Notes under the pieces: model-generated
The model's input: only the letters and a program-made list of their open reading frames with translations
What the model was told of the DNA's origin: nothing
The model's database searches: none
Source: a virus
Virus record (IMG/VR): IMGVR_UViG_3300035050_000132
Span: 1-30,590 of that record
Direction: 5' to 3' (one strand)
Length of the DNA: 30,590 nucleotides
Shown here: positions 8,743-17,788 of the stretch, piece after piece
How the letters are laid out: every line of letters starts with the position of its first letter
Position numbering within the stretch: position 1 is the stretch's first letter
Made by a program: the position numbers and the translations under genes

Positions 8743-9237
8743 TTATTCTTTACATTTACGTCTTGCGATTTCAACACGGAGGATATTAGCTACATAAGAT
8801 ATAATACCATGACCTGGACCAATTGGTATTTGGTGTAACGCCTCGGACGCTACACCAATAGAAGCGATCGGTGCCATACTTATTTGAGATAAATGCATAC
8901 TTGGTATATCAGAAAACGAACTTCCTATATACAATAAGTTTTCTGGTCTAGTATTATATTTTGGCAAAATTCTTTTAGTAAGAAGTGTTAACTTATCGCT
9001 ATTGTTGTTAGTAAAATAAGCCGGTATATTACGCTTACGCATTATATTATAACTTATAGTGGGATCAGAAGATAAAAATACGAATGTAAAATAAGATTTT
9101 AATTCATTTATTGCATCAAAATCACGCACACAGTAATTTTTAAATAATGTATGGTTTAAGTACTCCAAAGCAGCACATCCATCAGTAATTATACCATCAA
9201 TTTCACTAACTATTATTTCTATATTTTTTAAATCCAT
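8743..9237 (-). CDS. KdsC/YrbI-like HAD-fold protein with degenerate catalytic motifs
   Basis: IVSEIDGIITDG (canonical DxDGVLTDG), VRD, DK, YIGSSFSDIPSM (canonical GDD..D), GPGHG. Confidence 0.75.
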   Translation of the reverse strand: MDLKNIEIIVSEIDGIITDGCAALEYLNHTLFKNYCVRDFDAINELKSYFTFVFLSSDPTISYNIMRKRNIPAYFTNNNSDKLTLLTKRILPKYNTRPENLLYIGSSFSDIPSMHLSQISMAPIASIGVASEALHQIPIGPGHGIISYVANILRVEIARRKCKE

Positions 9238-9264
9238 TTAAATCTCCCTCAATCATACCAACAT

Positions 9265-9292
9265 AATATAAGTCGCAAATTGGTAATGTCAA
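9265..9292 (-). promoter_or_regulatory. Sigma70-like promoter, copy 3 of 5 (HAD-dnaX-polA)
   Basis: TTGACA-ttaccaatttgcgact(16)-TATATT; the -35 contains the TGA stop of the upstream GT4. Confidence 0.8.
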
Positions 9293-10298
9293 GCCCTAAT
9301 TAAATTATTAAAAAACTTTTCTGTAGCATTAGCCCATCTATATTGTTCAGAATATTTAATACAAGTTTCACTATCAACATTTTCTATACAATACTCGATG
9401 CCTTCTACTAAATTACCTACAAAACCAGTTTTCTTATGATCTATAACAACTTTGCTAGCATCTGATGGTAATGCTGCAACAGGTGTACCACAAGCCATGG
9501 ATTCAATCATTATCAACCCAAAAGTCTCAGACAAACTCGACAATACAAATACATCTGATGAAGCATAAAGTTCAGCAAGCTCTGTTCCAAACTTATACCC
9601 TAGAAATACAGTATCTGGGTACTTATTTTGTAACTTGATTCTTTCAGGACCGTCACCAACCAATACTTTAGTCCCATGAATATTAAGACGTAAAACTCTT
9701 CTAAATTTTTTTCAACAGATATTCTACCTACATACAATAAAATAGGTCTTTTATATGTATCAAATATGTGTTCATTTTTATATAAAGGATTAAATACTTT
9801 AGCATCAATACCTTTAGGTAGTACTACTAAGTTTTTAAACCCCAATGACTCTAACTCACTTTTCAATAATTCTGTTGACACAAATGTTTTAGAAGCGCCA
9901 GAATGAAACCACCGCATAAACCTCCTTGTCAATCCTTTAAGATACTTAAATCTAAGTTCTACATAAGTATCAAACCTGGTTAACAAAGAAGTAGTATAAT
10001 TTAAATTATTTTTATTACAATATCTAACAACCTGAATACCAATGAGACCTTCTGTAAACACATGAATATGATCTGGATTAAACCAATAAATAAAACTACC
10101 TATAGTTTTCTGTAAAACTAATGATAATCTAATTTCAGGATACGTCGGACAAGGTATATTAAAACAAAAATTATCAGGAGTTATTAATACAACAATATGC
10201 CCAAGATTACGAAGATGATTAACATACTCTTCGATAGTACGTACTACTCCAGATACTTGAGGCTTCCAAGCATCAGTTACTAAAAGTATTCTACTCAT
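9289..10298 (-). pseudogene. Frameshifted GT4 glycosyltransferase, Agt-like (diacylglycerol glycosyltransferase type)
   Basis: N-part VTDAWKPQVSGVVRT, PCPTYPEIRLSL, LYVGRISVEKNL. C-part in another frame: GTKVLVGDGP, SETFGLIMIESMACGTPV. Adding one T to the T4 run at 9692-9695 gives a continuous EKNLEEFLRLNIHGTKVLVGDGP. Confidence 0.85.
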
Positions 10299-10959
10299 AA
10301 TTATACTCCAATAGATTTACTAAACGTGGATTTGTACCATCATTGTCAAATTCAACTATAGTAAAATTCTCTATCATATCACCACAATTTATATACAAAT
10401 CAGAAATTTCAGGTACGTGGGTGTGGCAACAAATTATACAGTCATAACTACTTTCTTTTATAACTTTAATGGCTTTGGCCCTCATTTGTGCCTTATCCTG
10501 AAAATATTTTTTTATTTTATTTTTTAAACATGCTGATCTTTTAATAAAAATACATGCTATACCATAGAAAAAATCTCCAACATTTGCAAGTAATTTATAC
10601 GGATCAAACTGATCACCATGTATAACTAAACAATTATTATAAATAACTCTTCTACATATATCAATTTTTCCAAAATTAAGAACTTGATCTTTAGTAATAT
10701 ATCTTATTAGATGGGAATCGTGGTTGCCTATAACATAAATAACCTTAACTCCATTTTTAGATAAAGTTAGTATTCTCCTAATTAAATTAATGTGGTCTTG
10801 TGGCCAATGATTTTTACGTTTTAATCGCCACATATCAATTATGTCCCCAACAAGAAATAATTTATTTATTTTTTTCTTATTATTTTTTAAATAATTATCA
10901 AGAAGCTTAGCTCTACAATCCTTAGTTCATAAATGTATATCAGATATGAACACATCCAT
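10291..10959 (-). pseudogene. PlcP/LpxH-like metallophosphoesterase interrupted by an in-frame TGA
   Basis: From ATG 10959: MDVFISDIHL*TKDCRA...LFLVGDIIDMWRLKRKNHWPQDH...GNHD...HGDQFD...HTH...N.GD. TGA at 10927-10929 replaces the conserved Gly of SDxHLG. Confidence 0.88.
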
Positions 10960-10969
10960 AAATAATTCC

Positions 10970-13063
10970 TTAAATCTTAAATTCTTTCATTTCTTTTATT
11001 TGATCATATAAACCTGGAACTTCTATAAGAACATTAGTTCTTTCAGATTTAAGAGACCTATCACATTTTTCAGGTGTTTTAAATTCTTTAACTTCCACAC
11101 CCAATTCATAAATATTAGAGATTGCTAGAATTAATCCAAACTTACTGATCTTATTTGGAGAATGTATATGTTTAACACCTTTCCAAAACAAATCATTCTT
11201 TAACATATAATCACAAATTTTAGCAAACTGCAAACAAGTTATGCCGTTCCAAAAATGATTAAGGTAACCATTAACTGATTTACCTGCTTGAGATTTTACC
11301 CACTCAACTAAAGACAATTTATTTGATAATTCTTCACCAATTATAGAAGTTCTAATAATAGTAGCACTTTCTGATTCACCTAACGATTTAGACCTACCAT
11401 AAATATCCATAGCCGTATGTGGTGAACTCTCTACATAACCACCTTCAGCACCATTAAAAACACAGTTATGTGCAGATAACCCATTTGAAATTAAATAAGA
11501 ATGATCTTCTTCTACTTCTAAATTATAAACATAACCATTATAAATTTCTTTAGTTATTTTTTCAATAGGAACATACCAATTATTTTCGTCTTCAAAAAAT
11601 TTCTGATATCTTTTCTTAATGTTATAATTAGAATTTTCTACACCAAATAGGTTTATTAATTTCCCAACTTGTTTTCCAGAAATTTGAATTTTATAAGCAT
11701 CCCTAACTCTTACTTCTCTACCATCAATTTTCTCTAAACCTTTTCTCTTTTGTAAAACTATAGAAGGTAAAATACCTATAAACATCAATAATGTAATAAG
11801 CTCATCACTTAAAGATTTAGAAACCGTAGATGCACTAAAAAAACAACTACCATTTTTATTATAAAAACAACCGTCACCATCAAAATAACCTTTTATAAAT
11901 GAAATTATATTATCTCTTCCTGTCTTTTTAATCCATTGCGGTATATTCTTGGTATGTGAATAATGTTCTAAAGAAATATAAAAATCTTTAGCTAACATCT
12001 CGGATAATAACTGATGTGTGAAATAAATTTCACAACTTTTTTGTTTTTTTATATATCTAATATTGGGTTTTACTTTAAATTCTTTTTCTATAATCGACAT
12101 GGTTTTTTTTACCAAATCATCTTCATCTTGAATAGTAATATGTATAGACTTTCTCCACTGCCCATTATCTACCCAACCATCAGCCAAAAATAAACCAATA
12201 AACCACATCATATTAGTATTTATTCTAACATATCTATCTAAATTACAAACCTTTGGTTTTATATTAAGATTATTCTTCCAAATAATCATTTTACGATAAT
12301 TTAATTCATTATCTATACAATATTTTTTAAAATTATTAAATATCACCCCTTTAATATTATTTTCAAAATAAGTATATTCTTCCACAATAGCTCTATATTT
12401 AGCAGAGTATTCTAACAAATCTATGCTATCTAAAGACTTCTTTGGTAATTTAAGTTTAGGTATACTTATTAAATCACCCTCATTTAAATTTTCTGCATAA
12501 ACCCAATCAATAGTACTAAAATTAGGTAATTGTTTCTTTTCTCTTTTAATACAATAAAAAGGGTGATTTTTTGTACATTTTACTGGCAAAGATGATAAAA
12601 CATCTATTTTAAATATTTCATCAGATATAAATTTCTTTTTTAATTCATAAACAGGTTTCAAATCGCCCGTATGTGTATATACTATATCCCCTATTTTCAT
12701 ATCTTTAATTTGCTTAACGCCACTTATTGTCTTTACATCTGTATTTGGTAAAAAACAATCAGTAGTTGTATGTATAAAATCAGCACCAACCTCAGCACAT
12801 ACATCGGCTACTACTCTTGGAAATACAGAGTTTACAAGTAAAAACTCCACATCATTTATATCTTTTCGATGCGGGATAAGGCCCATACAATTAATAACCA
12901 CATCACCTTGTGTAATACCTAACTGTTTTACATCATAATAATCAGGAATGGATGCGTCCAATCTATCCCTATTTACACTAACAACATTATACCCTTCTTG
13001 ATTAAGATATTTATAAACATAACAACCAAGCATGCCAGAACTACCTAATACAAATACTCTCAT
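10970..13063 (-). CDS. RmlD-like NDP-4-keto-6-deoxyhexose reductase (extended SDR) containing an intein
   Basis: GSSGMLG, INCMG, N..FP, IHTTTD|CVFNG, YGRSKSLGE (YxxxK), IRTSIIG; 266 aa after removing the intein. Confidence 0.88.
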   Translation of the reverse strand: MRVFVLGSSGMLGCYVYKYLNQEGYNVVSVNRDRLDASIPDYYDVKQLGITQGDVVINCMGLIPHRKDINDVEFLLVNSVFPRVVADVCAEVGADFIHTTTDCFLPNTDVKTISGVKQIKDMKIGDIVYTHTGDLKPVYELKKKFISDEIFKIDVLSSLPVKCTKNHPFYCIKREKKQLPNFSTIDWVYAENLNEGDLISIPKLKLPKKSLDSIDLLEYSAKYRAIVEEYTYFENNIKGVIFNNFKKYCIDNELNYRKMIIWKNNLNIKPKVCNLDRYVRINTNMMWFIGLFLADGWVDNGQWRKSIHITIQDEDDLVKKTMSIIEKEFKVKPNIRYIKKQKSCEIYFTHQLLSEMLAKDFYISLEHYSHTKNIPQWIKKTGRDNIISFIKGYFDGDGCFYNKNGSCFFSASTVSKSLSDELITLLMFIGILPSIVLQKRKGLEKIDGREVRVRDAYKIQISGKQVGKLINLFGVENSNYNIKKRYQKFFEDENNWYVPIEKITKEIYNGYVYNLEVEEDHSYLISNGLSAHNCVFNGAEGGYVESSPHTAMDIYGRSKSLGESESATIIRTSIIGEELSNKLSLVEWVKSQAGKSVNGYLNHFWNGITCLQFAKICDYMLKNDLFWKGVKHIHSPNKISKFGLILAISNIYELGVEVKEFKTPEKCDRSLKSERTNVLIEVPGLYDQIKEMKEFKI
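11465..12757 (-). mobile_element. Intein (431 aa) with LAGLIDADG homing endonuclease
   Basis: Block A CFLPNTDV, block B CTKNHPF, LAGLIDADG motifs FIGLFLADG and FIKGYFDGDG, block F VYNLEVEEDHSY, block G SAHN followed by +1 Cys. Splicing restores TTDCVFNG. Confidence 0.95.
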
Positions 13064-14055
13064 AGTAAAAACCCACCTTTGTCCAACAAACCTCTTAAAA
13101 ATTCTTTACCTTTCAAGTTATCCGCTGATGAAAATTTATCAAAACTAACTTTAGAAAGGCTATTTAAGTAACTAAAATCCCTATTTAGCTCTAAATCTGG
13201 TTTTATAACATAATAATCATCATTAAATACATAAGAACGTGGGGCTTCATGCTCCGATATAAGAAGCTCGTCCATTTTTTCGCCCTCACGTATACCTATT
13301 TCTTTAATACGTGTATTCAAATTACCATAATAATCTATAAGAACTTCACCCAATTCAGAAATATAAAATGACGGCATATTCATAACAAAAGTTTCTCCAC
13401 CTACACAAACATCAGATGCTTTAAAAAGTAAGTGAATAGCTTCTGGAAGAGTTAAAAAGTACCGTGTCATATTACCCACAGTAATAGTAATCTCATTATT
13501 ATTTTTTATCTGATCTATAAATATAGGTACAACACTACCATTGGAACCTAAAACATTTCCGCCACGAATACAAACAAAATCAGTGTCTTTAGTCAAGGCG
13601 TTGGCTTGTATAACAAGTTTTTCTCCTACAGCTTTAGTATAACCATAAAGGTTTGTTGGTGAGACTGCTTTATCTGTAGATACATCTATAAATCTTTTAA
13701 CTTTATATTTTATAGCTGCATTTACTAGATTAGTTGTACCAGTAATATTAGTTTTAATAGCTTCCTGCGGTTGATTTTCACATACAGGTACATGTTTAAG
13801 TGCTGCTAAATGATATACGTAATCAACTGATATTTGTGAAAATAATCTATCTACAGCATCAGCATCCCTTACATCACCTATAACAAAATGTAGTTTGGGA
13901 TTATTATTAAATTTTATTTTTGTCATTACTTGGGCCAACTCGCCTCTAGAAAAAACTATAATTTTCTTTGGGTCTTTTTCAAGTAATTGTTTAATAAGCT
14001 CATTACCCCAGGAACCTGTACCTCCTGTAATTAATACTACTGAATCTTTAAACAT
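13060..14055 (-). CDS. UDP-GlcNAc 4,6-dehydratase (inverting type; FnlA/WbjB/PseB/CapD-like)
   Basis: ITGGTGSWG, IGDVRD, HLAALKHVP.CE, STDKAV.P.NLYG.TK, GNVLGSNGSVVP, MTRY, GIREGEK. Confidence 0.92.
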   Translation of the reverse strand: MFKDSVVLITGGTGSWGNELIKQLLEKDPKKIIVFSRGELAQVMTKIKFNNNPKLHFVIGDVRDADAVDRLFSQISVDYVYHLAALKHVPVCENQPQEAIKTNITGTTNLVNAAIKYKVKRFIDVSTDKAVSPTNLYGYTKAVGEKLVIQANALTKDTDFVCIRGGNVLGSNGSVVPIFIDQIKNNNEITITVGNMTRYFLTLPEAIHLLFKASDVCVGGETFVMNMPSFYISELGEVLIDYYGNLNTRIKEIGIREGEKMDELLISEHEAPRSYVFNDDYYVIKPDLELNRDFSYLNSLSKVSFDKFSSADNLKGKEFLRGLLDKGGFLL

Positions 14056-14069
14056 ATTATTATCCTTTA

Positions 14070-14825
14070 TTATTCTTCACTCATATTTTTTGCAGCCTCT
14101 GGACGTTTACCGCTTCTACGTTCTACAGCCTCATGATGATAAACTATTGAAGACTTGCTCATAGTGAAATGAGCACCAGCATCTTTACAACGTTGAAAGA
14201 ACCGTCTATCTGGACTATATTCTTTTCCTAACATAAGTTCCCATGGTCCTGCAATTTGCCAAAACTTTTTAGGAATTAAATATGGCATTGTATTAGTTGC
14301 TAACCACCCACCACGCTCTTCTTCTGTCTCTAACTTATCATCATAAAGAGTATCATAAAGTTTATTAAATTCATTTATATTAAATGTAGAATATTCAGGA
14401 ATACCTAAATCAGCAGTTATAACATGTGGTCCTTTTATTGGTGTGATATGCGTGGAATTTACTATGTCATCTTCATTAGCGTACTTAACCAAGTTTAGTA
14501 ACCAATCCTTACCAAAATATTGATCTGTGTTTACTAAACCACAGTAATTATTTAGATCAAACCCATAATCAAATCCAGCATTCATCATGCCTCTTAAATT
14601 GGGCACGAAAGGTACATTTGGGTTAGTATTATATTCTACAATATGTATGTTATCTCGTATACATTTTAACTTATTTAAATAATCTATTACTTCTTTAGAA
14701 GGTTCCCAAACTACCACTATGTAATCAAAATTATCATAACCGGAATTGTTTAAAATGGCGTCTGAAGAAAATCTAAGCATCCCATAAGCGTTGGATACAC
14801 AATTAAAAATTGAAACTCTTTCCAT
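14070..14825 (-). CDS. GT-A fold (GT2-like) glycosyltransferase
   Basis: N-terminal beta strand, MNAGF, LVNTDQYF..DWL..L, GPW...DRRFFQR, VYHH. Confidence 0.65.
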   Translation of the reverse strand: MERVSIFNCVSNAYGMLRFSSDAILNNSGYDNFDYIVVVWEPSKEVIDYLNKLKCIRDNIHIVEYNTNPNVPFVPNLRGMMNAGFDYGFDLNNYCGLVNTDQYFGKDWLLNLVKYANEDDIVNSTHITPIKGPHVITADLGIPEYSTFNINEFNKLYDTLYDDKLETEEERGGWLATNTMPYLIPKKFWQIAGPWELMLGKEYSPDRRFFQRCKDAGAHFTMSKSSIVYHHEAVERRSGKRPEAAKNMSEE

Positions 14826-14835
14826 TTACTCACCT

Positions 14836-15378
14836 TTAATCCTTATTTAAATGTAGTGGTTTAGCATTTTTCACTGAAATTCCTAAAAAGCTACATACCT
14901 CATAAACATAGTTATTGTTTTTGGTTATGTCAAGAGTCAATACATCATTTTTTCTATCATTAAAATAATTTTTTACCATCAATAAATGGGAATCATAAAC
15001 AAAAGAAAACCTATCTTTATTAAATTTATATGAACCATAGGTAATCAAATGGTGTTCTGGTCGGGAAGAATATTTAACAAAATGTTTCTCTGCAGAATTT
15101 AACCAAGCATCTTTATCACGTACGGTATGGATAAACTTACTACCTGGATAAATTTTATCAACCTGTGGGAAAACCATCTCAAATGCATTAGTTACTCCTT
15201 GGAAATTATTTAATACATCAAATTTATAAATACCATTATACATTTTTTGACGGATCTCCTCGCACCCACCATCACCAAAGTGTATTGTCTTTATTCCATT
15301 ATTATTTAACGCACCCGCCAAACTTGAGGTAGCAGTCTTTGGTAAACCTATACCTATTACTTTATTTAATCCACTCAT
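14836..15378 (-). CDS. Sulfotransferase-family protein
   Basis: 5'-PSB loop IGIGLPKTATSSL, YPGSKFIHTVRD..WL.S, V..YF..R..D.L, C.FLG...HLN. Confidence 0.8.
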   Translation of the reverse strand: MSGLNKVIGIGLPKTATSSLAGALNNNGIKTIHFGDGGCEEIRQKMYNGIYKFDVLNNFQGVTNAFEMVFPQVDKIYPGSKFIHTVRDKDAWLNSAEKHFVKYSSRPEHHLITYGSYKFNKDRFSFVYDSHLLMVKNYFNDRKNDVLTLDITKNNNYVYEVCSFLGISVKNAKPLHLNKD

Positions 15379-15892
15379 AACACCCTACAGCCACTAAACC
15401 ATTATCATTGACGCTGACATTTAAAAGTTCAAATCCTAAGTCATATCTAATCTCTTTATCACTCCATTGGTAGTGATGTGTTTCGTAGGGATTACCTATG
15501 GCATTACCGTCTTGGATACAAACTGTTACTGGTATAGTTAAAAATATTCTATTAACATTTTTCTTTAAATTATCTAAAAAAGTGATAGCATGCTCTCTAG
15601 TAACATGCTCAAAGACATCTCCTAATATTGCAACACTATACTCCGTCGGTAGGTCGAGGATAAAATCACGCATATCCATTTCATATAAATTATTATAATA
15701 ACTATGTAACTTATATTTATCTACGTAAGGATTCCAAACTTCTACACCATCTATTCTACTCACCTTATCATTCAACAGTTTTCCCCACTTACCTTCACCT
15801 GCCCCAAAATCTATAACCGAAATATTAGGATTGCTAAGTATTTTATCAAGTACAATATTAGTACCTTTTTCTGATTGCTGTGACTCTGGCAT
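15362..15892 (-). CDS. Class I SAM-dependent methyltransferase
   Basis: VIDFGAGEGKWG, IDGVE, ILGDVFEH. Confidence 0.85.
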   Translation of the reverse strand: MPESQQSEKGTNIVLDKILSNPNISVIDFGAGEGKWGKLLNDKVSRIDGVEVWNPYVDKYKLHSYYNNLYEMDMRDFILDLPTEYSVAILGDVFEHVTREHAITFLDNLKKNVNRIFLTIPVTVCIQDGNAIGNPYETHHYQWSDKEIRYDLGFELLNVSVNDNGLVAVGCYEWIK

Positions 15893-16725
15893 TATAAAAT
15901 CTCCTTTATACTATTAGAAACAGTATTATTTACTGTATAAACTGTTTGTGTATTTAATATATTATTGTATTTCTGTGATTGTGGTGTACCAGCATACCAA
16001 TGAATACCTACCGTATCTGGATGTATGTGCTCTCTAAAATCTCCTTGATATAACTTACTTATACCCTCATTCCATTCATAATTTACAAACGGAAATACTG
16101 ACGCATCAGGTAATCTCTGAACAACACTGTTCGGATAATTTTTAATTATTTCTGTTAAATTCTGCTCTTCTATACACAAAGTACCACAACTTTCATAAAC
16201 GGCAGGATTATAATTTGACAAAGCTCTGTTATAAGTTTTTTTAAAAAAAGCATTATTACCAGAACTATACATAAAACTAACTGGAATATAATTAGGTTTT
16301 GGATAGTTACTAAAACAAATCAAACCTATATCTGTATCGTAATTTATTAAAACACCAATAGGTTTAGTAAATAAGATATCCATATCGGCAACTGCGCCGC
16401 CCCATTCAGATAAAATCTTCCAATTTAAAATGTCTTTAATGTGTACATCAGACATCTTATCAACCACACTATTGTCTAAGTTAATCATTTTATTTTCAAA
16501 GTCAATAGTATTTATATCTAAAAGTTTAACAAGGTGGTAATAATCTTCACCTTTAAATTCTGTTTTGTCCTGCTTTTCAACAGTGTCTACTAGAAATTGT
16601 TCAGAATTATTCACTATCAAATGAACATTCCAATCGGGATTTAATTTACAAAAAGAATATAACGTCATGTACCGCATACACGACATAGTACTATTTCCCC
16701 AGTAAAAAAATATATCTTTTAACAT
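15892..16725 (-). CDS. DxD glycosyltransferase (GT32/OCH1-like)
   Basis: FFYWG, SF.KLNPDW, KDILNWKILSEWGGAVADMDILFTKP, GIHWYAG; paralog of 18606-19451. Confidence 0.75.
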   Translation of the reverse strand: MLKDIFFYWGNSTMSCMRYMTLYSFCKLNPDWNVHLIVNNSEQFLVDTVEKQDKTEFKGEDYYHLVKLLDINTIDFENKMINLDNSVVDKMSDVHIKDILNWKILSEWGGAVADMDILFTKPIGVLINYDTDIGLICFSNYPKPNYIPVSFMYSSGNNAFFKKTYNRALSNYNPAVYESCGTLCIEEQNLTEIIKNYPNSVVQRLPDASVFPFVNYEWNEGISKLYQGDFREHIHPDTVGIHWYAGTPQSQKYNNILNTQTVYTVNNTVSNSIKEIL

Positions 16726-16726
16726 T

Positions 16727-17788
16727 TTAATTTCCTAATAATATATTTACAACTATGTCTGAAACATCATTAATTAAATAATCTTGTGGAACTGTCCACC
16801 TATAATCTCTTAAACATATAGCATCAACAACTCTTACTATACACCCAAACTCAGTACCAGTCAAAACGTTAGAGCCACATTCTATAGTTTCTTGTCTCTC
16901 AGTGGACCTACGTATAGTTATAGAAGGTACCCCATAAATACAACACTCTTCCTGAACTGTACCGCTATCACTTATTACTAATTTAGCAGTCTGTTCTAAA
17001 TGGACAAAATCAAAGAAACCAAACGGTTCACTCAAAATAACATTATCTAAAAATTCAAAACTATATAATTTACTTCTAGTTCTAGGATGTACAGAAAATA
17101 TAACTTTGTAGTCTTTAGCTATAAAATTAATGGACCGTACAATATTATTTAGGGAGTCTTTATCATCCACATTTTCAGCCCTATGTGCTGTAACTAAGAT
17201 AAAGGACCTTTTCTCTATATTTAACTTCTCTAAAATAGTACTACTATATATTTTATCAGAAAACTTACGCAAAACTTCATATATAGGATTACCAGTTTTA
17301 AACACATAGTTTTTATGGTAACCTTCATTAAGTAAATTCTGCTTACTATTATCAGTATATGGAAGATTATATTTAGAAAAACTATCTATTATTCTTCTAT
17401 TAGTCTCTTCTGGAACTCTTTCATCAAAACATCTGTTCCCTGCCTCCATATGGAACACCGGAATTCCTTTTTTGGCTGCCAACATAGCCAACAAACCAGA
17501 ATTAGTATCGCCCAAAACTAGAACTTTATCTGGCTTTTCAATATCTAATACAGAAGAAAATTCGGAAAAAGATTCAGATAGAAATTCATCAGTACTATTA
17601 TCCTCATTCTTAAAGTAATAATCTGGTTTTCGTATACCAAGTTCTTCAAAGAAAATAGTACTTAAGTTAGGATCATAATTTTGATTTGTATACACTAAAA
17701 CATGATCTACTAACTTATCTAATTTTTCTATAATTATACACAAACGAATAAGTTCTGGACGTGTTCCCACTAAAGTTAAAACCTTCAT
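16727..17788 (-). CDS. Non-hydrolysing UDP-HexNAc 2-epimerase, FnlC/WbjD/CapG subtype
   Basis: MKVLTLVGTRPELIRL, QNYD, LGDTNS, HMEAGNRCFDERVPEETNRRIID, HRAENVD, SDSGTVQEE, TERQE. Confidence 0.92.
   Translation of the reverse strand: MKVLTLVGTRPELIRLCIIIEKLDKLVDHVLVYTNQNYDPNLSTIFFEELGIRKPDYYFKNEDNSTDEFLSESFSEFSSVLDIEKPDKVLVLGDTNSGLLAMLAAKKGIPVFHMEAGNRCFDERVPEETNRRIIDSFSKYNLPYTDNSKQNLLNEGYHKNYVFKTGNPIYEVLRKFSDKIYSSTILEKLNIEKRSFILVTAHRAENVDDKDSLNNIVRSINFIAKDYKVIFSVHPRTRSKLYSFEFLDNVILSEPFGFFDFVHLEQTAKLVISDSGTVQEECCIYGVPSITIRRSTERQETIECGSNVLTGTEFGCIVRVVDAICLRDYRWTVPQDYLINDVSDIVVNILLGN

Noticed and set aside
9700-9715. A-AAA-AAT slippery heptamer as a programmed -1 frameshift joining the GT4 halves
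   Set aside because: Shifting there would destroy the conserved EKNLEEF segment. A 1-nt loss at 9692-9695 restores the family consensus better, and I see no stimulatory structure.
10927-10929. TGA at a conserved Gly as evidence for genetic code 25 (TGA=Gly)
   Set aside because: TGA is a normal stop elsewhere (polA 5768, GT4 9289, the ATGA overlap at 13060, 19451, 20001), and no other gene has an internal TGA. A single GGA-to-TGA change explains it.
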